NCBI GenBank assembly: GCA_965202985.1
Contig: CBDBCF010000001.1
Location: forward strand, 2,112,001 to 2,176,000
DNA length: 64,000 bases
From: Longimicrobiales bacterium
GTDB taxonomy: Bacteria; Gemmatimonadota; Gemmatimonadetes; Longimicrobiales; Gaopeijiaceae
Reading direction: 5' to 3'
The first letter of the stretch is position 1, and each line of letters begins with the position of its first letter. This document shows, one piece after another, positions 50,777-59,225 of this stretch. Below the pieces are notes generated by a model. That model saw nothing but the letters and a program-made list of their open reading frames with translations, was not told where the DNA came from and made no database searches. The translations under genes were made by a program, and so were the position numbers.

Positions 50777-50921
50777 AGCCGATCCCTTGTGGTGCCCGTC
50801 GGACGAGGAAAGATGCCGCGAATCCTACTAGGGGCCGTTACGAGCCGCAACCGACCAGGCGTGGTTACCCGCACCAGGCGGCGCACGCTCACCTGCCTCC
50901 AACCGAGAGAGCCACGGCCGT

Positions 50922-50968
50922 ATCGTCCTTGCTAATCGAACGTCTATCGTTTAATCTGCAAGGATGAT
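50922..50968 (+). promoter_or_regulatory. putative leaderless promoter with flanking inverted repeat
   Basis: TTGCTA-N17-TAATCT ending 6 nt before ATG 50964; arms ATCGTCCTTGC and GCAAGGATGAT match at 10/11 positions. Confidence 0.5.
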
Positions 50969-52136
50969 TCCGCGACGACATCAAGCTCGCGTGGTCCGCA
51001 GCCTCGACGAGGTGCCCGCCGTCGTCATCTTGGGACCTCGCCAGATCGGCAAGACCACCCTGGCGCGCGAGATCGCCGCCACGGCTCCCGGAAGCGTCTA
51101 CCTGGACCTGGAGGATCCCGACCAAGCCGCCAGGCTCGCCGACCCGGCACGCTACCTCGCGCAACACGCCGGCACCCTGACGATCCTCGACGAAGTCCAG
51201 CGGATGCCCGGCCTCTTCGACGTCTTGCGGGGCCAGATCGACCTTCGGCGGCGCGAGGGGCGGCGCGCCCGCCACTTCCTCCTGCTCGGCTCGGCCTCCC
51301 GGACGCTCCTGAACCAGTCCGCCGAGTCGCTGGCCGGACGTCTGGTCTACTACGAGCTGCCGGGCTTGGACGCCCAGGAGGTCGGCGACGACAGCGACCG
51401 GGACAGGCTCTGGCTCCGCGGCGGATTCCCGGACTCGTTCACCGCCCGCAGCGACGCGGCTTCGGCACGTTGGAGGCTGGCGTTCATCCGAACGTACTTG
51501 GAGCGCGAAGTTCCTCACTTCGGGGTGCGCGTTCCGGCCGCCACGTTGCGGCGCTTCTGGACGATGCTGGCGCACCGGCAAGGCGGGCTACTGAACGCCT
51601 CGGCCTTGGCGCAGAGCCTGGGCGTGTCGGCCCCGACGGCGTCCCGCTACGTGGACCTGCTGGTCGACCTGCTGCTCGTGCGCCGACTTCAGCCCTACTT
51701 CGCCAACGTGGGGAAGCGTCTTGTGAAGGCGCCCAAGGTCTATGTCCGCGACACCGGCATTCTCCACGCGCTCCTCGGCTTGCGCGCCTACGACGACCTC
51801 TTGTCCCATCCCGTCGCCGGCCCCAGCTGGGAGGGCTTCGTGATCGAGAACCTGCTGGCGGTTGCGCCCTTTGGCACCGACGCCTGGTTCTATCGCACTC
51901 GCGCCGGTGCGGAAATCGACCTGTTGCTGTTGCTGCCCGACCAGAGGCTGTGGGCGGTCGAAGTCAAGCGGGGAGCGGTGCGGAAGACCAGCAAGGGCTT
52001 CGAGCTTGCCGCGAACGACCTCAACGTGGCCGAGCGGTTCGTGGTCCATTCCGGTGACGCAGCGTACCCGCTCTCCGAGCACACGACGGCGATGCCGCTC
52101 GATGCGCTGATGGCACGTCTGGCCAAGACGGAGTAG
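50964..52136 (+). CDS. ATP-binding protein, AAA_14 plus DUF4143
   Basis: GPRQIGKTT, LDEVQ, LLGSAS, ESLAGR, RGGFP, KRLVKAPKVY.RD.G, EIDL..EVK. Confidence 0.9.
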   Translation: MIPRRHQARVVRSLDEVPAVVILGPRQIGKTTLAREIAATAPGSVYLDLEDPDQAARLADPARYLAQHAGTLTILDEVQRMPGLFDVLRGQIDLRRREGRRARHFLLLGSASRTLLNQSAESLAGRLVYYELPGLDAQEVGDDSDRDRLWLRGGFPDSFTARSDAASARWRLAFIRTYLEREVPHFGVRVPAATLRRFWTMLAHRQGGLLNASALAQSLGVSAPTASRYVDLLVDLLLVRRLQPYFANVGKRLVKAPKVYVRDTGILHALLGLRAYDDLLSHPVAGPSWEGFVIENLLAVAPFGTDAWFYRTRAGAEIDLLLLLPDQRLWAVEVKRGAVRKTSKGFELAANDLNVAERFVVHSGDAAYPLSEHTTAMPLDALMARLAKTE

Positions 52137-52146
52137 GCGTCGCCCC

Positions 52147-52470
52147 CTACGACTCCTTCCGCAGCTCCACGGCCGTCCCGTAGCAGAGCATCTCGGCGGC
52201 GCCGCGGCTGACTTCGGCGGACTGGAAGCGGACGGCCAGGATGCCGTTGGCGCCCAGGGCTTCGGCTTCGGCGACCATGCGGTCGACGGCCTGTTCGCGG
52301 GCTTCGGCCAGCAGCTTGGTGTACTCGTAGAGCTCGCCGCCGGCCAAGTTGCGAAGGCTGGCCACCACGTCGCGGCCCAAGTGACGGGCGCGGATCGAGC
52401 TGCCGCGGACCATGCCGAAGGTGCGGACGACGCGGTGCCCGGCGACGCGCTCGGTGGTCGCGACGATCAT
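52147..52470 (-). CDS. YbjQ/UPF0145 family protein
   Basis: GGELYEYTKLLAEAREQAVDRM..A.ALGANGI..YGTAV. Confidence 0.9.
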   Translation of the reverse strand: MIVATTERVAGHRVVRTFGMVRGSSIRARHLGRDVVASLRNLAGGELYEYTKLLAEAREQAVDRMVAEAEALGANGILAVRFQSAEVSRGAAEMLCYGTAVELRKES

Positions 52471-52880
52471 CGGTGGACATGGCGGTAGGGGTCGGAGCGG
52501 TACTCCCGGCAACGGTCCCAGATGACGTGGGCCAGAAGGACCAGGATGCCGATCACCACGCCGCCGCTGGCGATCCGCACGACCGTGCTGGCGGGCGACG
52601 TGAAGAACACCCACAGCCCGTACCCCACCCACGCCACGAGCCCGGAGCCGCCCAGAAGCCAACCGACAGGCACGGTGATCCGCGCCCGGATCCGGTCCCA
52701 TGACGAATCGACGGCCTGCGGGGCGAAGGACAGGTCGCGGAGGCCTTGCTTCATGGCCTTGTACACGGCGAACTCGCGACGGAGCTCGCTCGACGACTCC
52801 AGACGGTGCTCCACCTGCACCCTCTCCTCGGGAGCGGCCTCGCCGTCCAGAAAGCGCATCAGTTCTTCGTGGCTGGTCAT
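52467..52880 (-). CDS. putative membrane anti-sigma factor
   Basis: ELMRFLDGE..VEHRLESS N-terminus plus two TM segments; ATGA overlap with the sigma factor. Confidence 0.75.
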   Translation of the reverse strand: MTSHEELMRFLDGEAAPEERVQVEHRLESSSELRREFAVYKAMKQGLRDLSFAPQAVDSSWDRIRARITVPVGWLLGGSGLVAWVGYGLWVFFTSPASTVVRIASGGVVIGILVLLAHVIWDRCREYRSDPYRHVHR

Positions 52881-53443
52881 TCCTCTTCTCCAGGGTCTGC
52901 TCCCAGTGCTTCCGCCAGGGCGCGTCTGGCGTGGTAGAGACGGCTGGCCACCGTCCCCTCGGGGATGTTCAGTATTCCGGCGATCTCGCCGTAGCGGAAG
53001 CCCTGGAGCTCCTTCAGCACGATGATCTCGCGATGGTCCTCGGCGATCTCCTCCAGCGCCTTCCACAGACGTTCCTTGGCCAAGCGGCGCTCCAACCCGC
53101 GCTCCGGGCCTTCCTCGGGGTCGGCGGGGCGGAGGTCCAGGTGCTCGTCCACGGTCTCGCGGTTGAAGCGGCTCTTCCGGCCGCGCAGCGCGTCGCGGCA
53201 CTTGTTGCGCAGGATCTTGAAGAACCACGGCTCGAAGTTGCGGGTCAGGTCGAAGCCGTCCAGCGACTGCCACGTCTTGACGAAGGCGTCCTGCACCGCG
53301 TCCTGGGCGTCCTCGCGGTTCCCCATCAGGCCCAGCGCGATCCGCATCGCCGGCTTCTCGTAGGCGCGGACGATCGGCTCGAAGAAGCGGGCGTCTCCGT
53401 TCCGACACTTTCGCAACAGCTCTCGTTCGACCTCGGGCGGCAA
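52877..53443 (-). CDS. ECF RNA polymerase sigma factor
   Basis: DAQDAVQDAFVK, FEPWFFKILRNKCRD, YGEIAGILNIPEGTVASRLYHAR; TTG start after GGAGAG. Confidence 0.9.
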   Translation of the reverse strand: MPPEVERELLRKCRNGDARFFEPIVRAYEKPAMRIALGLMGNREDAQDAVQDAFVKTWQSLDGFDLTRNFEPWFFKILRNKCRDALRGRKSRFNRETVDEHLDLRPADPEEGPERGLERRLAKERLWKALEEIAEDHREIIVLKELQGFRYGEIAGILNIPEGTVASRLYHARRALAEALGADPGEEE

Positions 53444-53740
53444 TCTCTCTCCATGGGTGCGGGTCGCGTGGCGGGCGAGCCCTCGGCTGGCGTGCGGGCG
53501 AGCCCCTTCTGGCGCGTGGGCCGGTCCTCTCGGTGGCCCACGGCTGATACGGCGGCGGTCGGCATTCCCTTCAAGCCGCCGGGGCTGCGCCATAGCTGAA
53601 CGGGACGCGCCGTACTGGCGGCAAGCGGCTTCGCTCCGCACTTTCTCGGAAGAACACATTGACGCTGACCGGGAGCCCTGGCAAGCCGCCGGGCAGCTCC
53701 CGAAGCTCTCACTCACGACGAACACGGACGAACAAAGCTC

Positions 53741-55450
53741 ATGGAACCTGCCTGTACCCGGCCCCCCAACGCCCCGGCCTCGACCGCCTCGGCCCTCGCC
53801 CTGGCCTGCGTGGCCGCCCTCGCCGCTCCCGCAACCCTCGCCGTCGCCCAGGACCAGACGGCAAACGGCAAGCCGTCCCAGGACCCGCAACCCGACGCCG
53901 AGCACGCCGTCCACCAGGCCGAGTACCCGGCCGGCTTCGACGAAGAGGCCGCGTACTACGACGAGGCCTTGGGGCCGCTGACCCGCCCCGTGACCACGAG
54001 CGTTCCTCGCGCCCAGCAGTTCTTCGACCAGGGGCTCCAGCAGATGTACGCCTTCACGCCCCTGCGCGCCGCCCGGTCGTTCCGCCAAGCCCAACGGGAA
54101 GACCCGGGCTGCGCAATGTGCTTCTGGGGCGAGGCGTGGGCGTGGGGTCCGTACCTGAACGGCCCCATGGGACCCGACGACGCGCCCCGGGCCTACGAGA
54201 ACATCCGGATGGCGAAGAAGCTCGCCGACGAGGGCGGGGCCAGCGACGTGGAGGCGGCCCTGATCGAGGCGATGGCCGTCCGCTACGTGGAGGAGCAGGG
54301 CGACGACGGGCGCAAGTCCCTGGACTCGGCGTACGCGCGCGCCATGGCGAAGGTGTGGGAGCGCTTCCCGGACGACCTGGAAGTGGGCACGCTCTACGGC
54401 GAGTCGCTGATGCTGCTGGAGCCCCGCCGAGGCCGCTGGGACAAGGACAAGCCCGCCGTCAAGAAGATTCACGCGATCCTGGAACACGTCCTGGAGCGGA
54501 GCATCGTGCACCCCGGCGCGTGCCACCTGTACGTCCACGCCACCGAGCCCACCGTCGAGCCCGGCAAGGCGGAAGCGTGCGCCGACCACCTGGGCGCGTC
54601 GATCCCCGGCGCCAGCCACATCCAGCACATGCCGTCCCACACCTACAACCGCGTCGGGCGCTGGGGCGACGCCGTCGAGGCCAACACCGCCGCGTGGCAC
54701 ACCGACCTGCGGGCCGGTGTGGACCGGGCGTGGGCGATCTATCCGTCGCACAACCTCCACATGCTGCTCTTCGCGGCGTCGATGGACGGGCAAGGCGCCG
54801 TCGCCGTCCAAGCCGCCAAGGACTACGGCAAGATCGTGCCCGGCGGCGCGTTCTACGAGGCGATGACGCTGCTGCGCTTCGGCCGCTTCGACGAAATCCT
54901 GGAGATGGACGATCCGCCGGAGGACGGCATCCAGCGCGGCTTCTGGGACTTCAGCCGCGGCTACGCCTACCTGCGGAGCGGCGATCCCGGGCGCGCGTCC
55001 GTGTACCTGGAGCGCGTGCAGATGGGGGCCGAGGAGACTCCCGACGGCGAGACCTTCCGAGGGCACTCGGCGGCCGACCTGCTGGGCGTCGTGGCCGGCA
55101 TCCTCGAAGGCGAACTCCTGCGCCACGAGGGCAAGACCGACGAGGCGGCGGCGGTGCTGGAAGCGGCGATCGAGACCGAGGACGGCCTGCGCTACGACGA
55201 GCCCGAGCCCCTCAACTTCTCCGCCCGCCATTGGCTGGGGAACCTGCTGCTGGAGGCCGAGCGCTGGGCCGAGGCGGAGGCCGTGTTCGAGGCCGCGCTG
55301 GAGGACCACCCCAACAATGGCTGGTCGCTGTTCGGGCTGGAGGCGGCGTTGCGGGCGCAGGGGAAAGGCGACGCGGCGGACGGGGCGAAGGCGCGGTTTG
55401 AGGAGGCGTGGGCTAGGTCGGATACGTGGATTTGGGCGCCGGTGTTCTGA
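53741..55450 (+). CDS. secreted TPR-like helical repeat protein
   Basis: Signal peptide; AQQFFDQGL..YAF, HPGACHLYVH, HIQHMPSH, HPNNGWSLFGL. Confidence 0.8.
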   Translation: MEPACTRPPNAPASTASALALACVAALAAPATLAVAQDQTANGKPSQDPQPDAEHAVHQAEYPAGFDEEAAYYDEALGPLTRPVTTSVPRAQQFFDQGLQQMYAFTPLRAARSFRQAQREDPGCAMCFWGEAWAWGPYLNGPMGPDDAPRAYENIRMAKKLADEGGASDVEAALIEAMAVRYVEEQGDDGRKSLDSAYARAMAKVWERFPDDLEVGTLYGESLMLLEPRRGRWDKDKPAVKKIHAILEHVLERSIVHPGACHLYVHATEPTVEPGKAEACADHLGASIPGASHIQHMPSHTYNRVGRWGDAVEANTAAWHTDLRAGVDRAWAIYPSHNLHMLLFAASMDGQGAVAVQAAKDYGKIVPGGAFYEAMTLLRFGRFDEILEMDDPPEDGIQRGFWDFSRGYAYLRSGDPGRASVYLERVQMGAEETPDGETFRGHSAADLLGVVAGILEGELLRHEGKTDEAAAVLEAAIETEDGLRYDEPEPLNFSARHWLGNLLLEAERWAEAEAVFEAALEDHPNNGWSLFGLEAALRAQGKGDAADGAKARFEEAWARSDTWIWAPVF

Positions 55451-55510
55451 TTGGACGTGACGGATCGAGAGGTCATTGTGCAAGCACATGCATCGGGGAG
55501 CCGACGAACC

Positions 55511-56794
55511 ATGCCGATACGTGCGGACAATCCGATTCGGAAATCGCACGAAGACGACCTGGGCTGGGACATCCAAGCAAAGCGGTTTTCCAACGCAATA
55601 CGACAACTGGATGCCAGCGAAGGCCTAGTAGTAGGGGTGTTTGGGACTTGGGGATCGGGGAAAACTTCCTTTATCAATCTGGTCCGCGAACACCTTGAGT
55701 CGTCTGGTGGATACAAAATAATCGACTTCAATCCGTGGATGTTTAGTAAAGCACAAGATCTCGTTCTTGCCATGTGTACCCAGTTGTCGTCCTCGCTGTC
55801 TGACAACAAGAAGGGCTTGGCTAAAAATATACTGAAATACGGCCTGGCCGTTGCCGAAATTGCCGCCGAGACTGTATCACCACGGATCCTGCGCTTTGCC
55901 ACAGCAATACGCAAGAAGACAGAACGAAATTTATCGCAGTTGCGCAGAGCCATATCGACTGAGCTCAAGAAGAAATCGAATGATCCCATGGTAGTAGTTG
56001 TAGATGACTTGGATCGCCTTGAGGCCGACGATGTTCGTCAGGTCATCAAGTGTGTTCGGCTGACGGCAGCATTTCCGAAGGTGATATACATTGTCGCCTG
56101 TGATCGCTGCCGTACCGCGACAGCTCTGAACGATTCGCTAGCTCTAGGTGAGCCTTCTGGTTCATCTTGGGGACACGATTATCTTGACAAGATATTCCAA
56201 GTTGCGTTCAACATTCCGGTTGTTGGTTCCGCCGAACTTGAAAAACAAGCTAAACGTGCGCTCGACGACGTTTGGGACAGGGTGCCCGGAAAGACAAGGA
56301 ATGGAGAGTTGATGGACATGGCCGAAGCCGCAATTCTAATGCCTCTCGTCAAAAATATGAGAGATGTTCGGCGCTTTGCAAACGCTATCTTGGCAACAGC
56401 CCTTGTGATCCCCGATGGAATCCGGAAGGATTACCTGATAGCACTCGAGGCCATACGTGTGTTTCTCCCCGATTCCTACGTTGCACTTTGCGCTGCTGTT
56501 GACGGCCTTACACAAATTCCCATCAATTTGGACGAGAAGGATGTCCTGGGTGGCCAAGTGCGCGCCATCCTCGATAAGGCGGGCAAAGAACGTGAGGTAA
56601 TCGCAGATTTGATTAACATGTTTTTCCCGGAGGGAGCCATCTGTATTTCCGATGACAGCCACTTTGAACAATGCATGCAAGGCGGCGGCTTGCCATTGTC
56701 CATGTTGCCTCGAGAAGATCGGTACGGCCCTTGGCCCGATGACGATGCTGATCGACGACAGATACTTGATCAATATCTGGGCAATGTCCTGTAG
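55511..56794 (+). CDS. KAP family P-loop NTPase
   Basis: DDLG, GVFGTWGSGKTS, FNPW, VVVVDDLDRL, YLDKIFQ, NMRDVRRF. Confidence 0.88.
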   Translation: MPIRADNPIRKSHEDDLGWDIQAKRFSNAIRQLDASEGLVVGVFGTWGSGKTSFINLVREHLESSGGYKIIDFNPWMFSKAQDLVLAMCTQLSSSLSDNKKGLAKNILKYGLAVAEIAAETVSPRILRFATAIRKKTERNLSQLRRAISTELKKKSNDPMVVVVDDLDRLEADDVRQVIKCVRLTAAFPKVIYIVACDRCRTATALNDSLALGEPSGSSWGHDYLDKIFQVAFNIPVVGSAELEKQAKRALDDVWDRVPGKTRNGELMDMAEAAILMPLVKNMRDVRRFANAILATALVIPDGIRKDYLIALEAIRVFLPDSYVALCAAVDGLTQIPINLDEKDVLGGQVRAILDKAGKEREVIADLINMFFPEGAICISDDSHFEQCMQGGGLPLSMLPREDRYGPWPDDDADRRQILDQYLGNVL

Positions 56795-56893
56795 CGAGCA
56801 GGCACGCCTCGTTGCAGGCGAAGGCGTCGACGCTCGGGCCGCGCTGGCCGAAAGGCGGGGTCAACCGTCCACCAAATCGGGGCAAGTCCAAGA

Positions 56894-57346
56894 ATGACGT
56901 ATGCGGGTTTCTGGAGGCGAGTTGCGGCGTCGATCATCGACAGTATCATTCTGGGTCTGTTCAACTCGATCGTCATGGCGGTCTGGTCTATACTCGACCC
57001 GATTGGTCTCGAGTTTAGTCAATTCGGCTTCGTTGTGATTCTCAACTGGATCTACTATGCGGATATGGAGTCGTCTCGCCTTCAGGCCACCGTCGGAAAG
57101 ATATGCATCGGGATCAAGGTTACCGATGTCGACGGTGCCCCCATCAGTTTCGGCAGAGCGACCGGTCGATATTTCGGGAGAAGCCTTTCGGTTTTGCTCC
57201 TCTGTGTTGGCGTTATCATGGTCGCGTTCACGGCGAAGAAGCAGGGTCTACACGACAAGATGGCTAGATGTCTTGTCGTGAACAAGTCGCCGCGCTCGAC
57301 TTTGTTTGGAGAATACAGCCCTGGACCGGATCGACCGCCTACGTAA
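56894..57346 (+). CDS. RDD family membrane protein
   Basis: YAGFWRRVAASIID, QATVGK, GRYFG, KQGLHDKMA. Confidence 0.9.
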   Translation: MTYAGFWRRVAASIIDSIILGLFNSIVMAVWSILDPIGLEFSQFGFVVILNWIYYADMESSRLQATVGKICIGIKVTDVDGAPISFGRATGRYFGRSLSVLLLCVGVIMVAFTAKKQGLHDKMARCLVVNKSPRSTLFGEYSPGPDRPPT

Positions 57347-57364
57347 CCCACAAGAAGACCAACT

Positions 57365-57518
57365 ATGCGATTTGCCGTTGTCATTTCACAGGGACCCGAA
57401 CAGCCGCTACGGGCCTCTGTGCCTGAGCTCCCCGGTTGCTTCTCGGCCGGGACACGCTCGACGACGCCGTCGAGTCCGCTTTGGAGGCCATCGCCTGCCA
57501 CGTCGAGGGCATGCTGAT
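57365..57518 (+). pseudogene. HicB-family antitoxin remnant
   Basis: Reconstructed across small indels: MRFAVVI-HRDPNSRYG-ASVPELPGCFSAG-DTLDDAVESALEAIACHVEGM. Confidence 0.7.
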
Positions 57519-57609
57519 GGGGGCTACGAGGAGTGGCTGCGGGAGCTGGCGCGGTCGTCGGGGATCGAGACGCAGACACGCGAGGAGCTGGCGAAGCTGG
57601 ACCGGAAGC
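57519..57609 (+). mobile_element. short internal transposase fragment (IS1182/IS5-like)
   Basis: GYEEWLRELARSSGIETQTREELAKLDRK resembles a transposase internal segment (recognised by memory). Confidence 0.4.
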
Positions 57610-58010
57610 TGTCGAGCGACAACCAAGATGAGACTGTCGGAGGCGGCGGTGATCTAACGTCGGGGGGTTCCCGGCGCGGGCTTGGCCCTGTCGTTCGGAG
57701 TCGGGCCGGCACGTGAACGATGGCCAGGCGAGGCAGTACATGAGGCACCGGAGGAACGGTCATGCCGTGGAGACGGCGGCCGCGAAGGCGGGGTTCGGCA
57801 GGGTGACGGGGTACAGGCTGGAGGCGGACGCTCGGTTGTCGTCGGCGAAGCGGAGGCGGCGGGGCAGCAGGCGACCGGACTCGTTGGAGCAGGCTGTTCG
57901 AGCACGCAGCGGTGCCGCTGCGCGAGCGGAATCCGGGTTGCGGGTGGTGGCGACGACGCTGGGCCAAGGGGTTGCGGGAGCCGAGGACCAGACACGGCGC
58001 TACGAGGCGC
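57610..58010 (+). mobile_element. IS21-family remnant (left end plus degraded istA N-terminus)
   Basis: Begins with TGT; GRHVNDGQARQYM..AAAKAGFGRVTGYRLEADARLSS..RGSRRPDSL resembles the IstA N-terminus; right boundary approximate. Confidence 0.65.
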
Positions 58011-58133
58011 TGTGCGGGACGACGCCGACGCGACAACCGAAGGCCGGGCTCCGACCATCGGATGTCGACGACCAGGTGGCGTCTTCCGTAGGTCGTCACG
58101 CGATCGAGCGTTCCCACAGCTAGCTTCGTCCGG

Positions 58134-58201
58134 TTGACGTGAATCCTGGGAGTAGGTACGTTCGTAAGGACTTCCGTTACGAACCGTACCCTGTGGAGGA
58201 G
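58134..58201 (+). promoter_or_regulatory. putative sigma70 promoter, palindromic operator and RBS
   Basis: TTGACG-N17-TACGTT; inverted repeat GGTACG.TTCGTAA/TTACGAACCGTACC at 58155-58190; GGAGGAG at 58195-58201. Confidence 0.6.
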
Positions 58202-58208
58202 AATCGAG

Positions 58209-58400
58209 ATGGCCCGGGACAGTAAGCCGACGATCACCGAATGGAAGATCCACCACACCACGGCCGGTGGTCACTCGGTGGACCGAAAGCAGTTTGGAGA
58301 CTTCCTTCGGAGCGACCAAGGTCGGTCCATGATCGTCCAGGCCGCTAAGGCCGTGAGAATCAATCCGAAAGGAGAAGATGAAGGTCGGCCGTCCTCCTGA
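58209..58400 (+). CDS. small hypothetical protein (63 aa)
   Basis: Strong RBS and putative promoter directly upstream. Confidence 0.6.
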   Translation: MARDSKPTITEWKIHHTTAGGHSVDRKQFGDFLRSDQGRSMIVQAAKAVRINPKGEDEGRPSS

Positions 58401-58444
58401 ACGATACCTGCCTCAATACAACTACTGCTGACAGAGAATGAAAA

Positions 58445-59147
58445 ATGGGATTCGGGTTACTATTTGTGCCGCTCGTAGGCGGCTATCTGTTTCTTAAGTG
58501 CTGCAACTTCACGAAATATTCTGTTTCTCGAGAAAGTGGTTACAAGCTAGTCTTTGAATCTGCCGCAACAGGAATCATCTTGCTCGTTGCCTCTAGAATC
58601 ATCATACGCTTGGCTATGCTATCGCCGATAGCCGAACACGCTGTGGCTTTGGAGTAACGTCACCTCCATACAGTATTCGGGAACACTGATCACTGCTTTT
58701 GTTCTTGGTCCAATTGCCGCAAAGGCGGTCAACCTCCGCTATAACGAGGCGGCGGGAGCACGGCGAGCAGTCGAAAAGACAGATAACTCGATGGAATCCC
58801 TTATATTGGAGTCCATGAAGCCAACCGAGCTGATCGAGGTTACGTTAGAGAGCAACAAGGTATACATTGGGTGGGTATTAGGTGCTCACATTGCAAATCT
58901 GGAACGCAAATATATCGAAGTGTCTCCTCTGCACAGCGGCTATCGCGATAGGGGAACACAAGAGATGAAGCTATTGACGAATTACGCACAAGCTTTTGCT
59001 GATCATCCTGACCAGATCAAGAAAGGCCATGAATACAAGCTTCGAATTGTGATTCCGGTGTCCCAGATTCGGACAGTCCGACCCTTCGACATCGAATACT
59101 ACTCTTTGTTTATTGGTGCGCAGACCACGAACGCGGCAGACAAGTAG
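58445..59147 (+). pseudogene. membrane protein with soluble beta-rich C-terminal domain, frameshifted near 58645
   Basis: MGFGLLFVPLVGGYLF.. frame ends at TAA 58655; the +1 frame reads WSNVTSIQYSGTLITAFVLG..EVTLESNKVYIGWV..SGYRD without a stop. Confidence 0.65.
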
Positions 59148-59225
59148 GTTTTGTGCGCCAAGTTTCCTGTGCCATAACCTTTCTACGGTGTCGAGCACCG
59201 CCAACGACCCCAATAGACTTCACAG

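Noticed and set aside
53444..55606. 909-aa giant sigma factor
   Set aside because: The upstream part is antisense to the TPR gene; only the last ~188 aa are sigma-like
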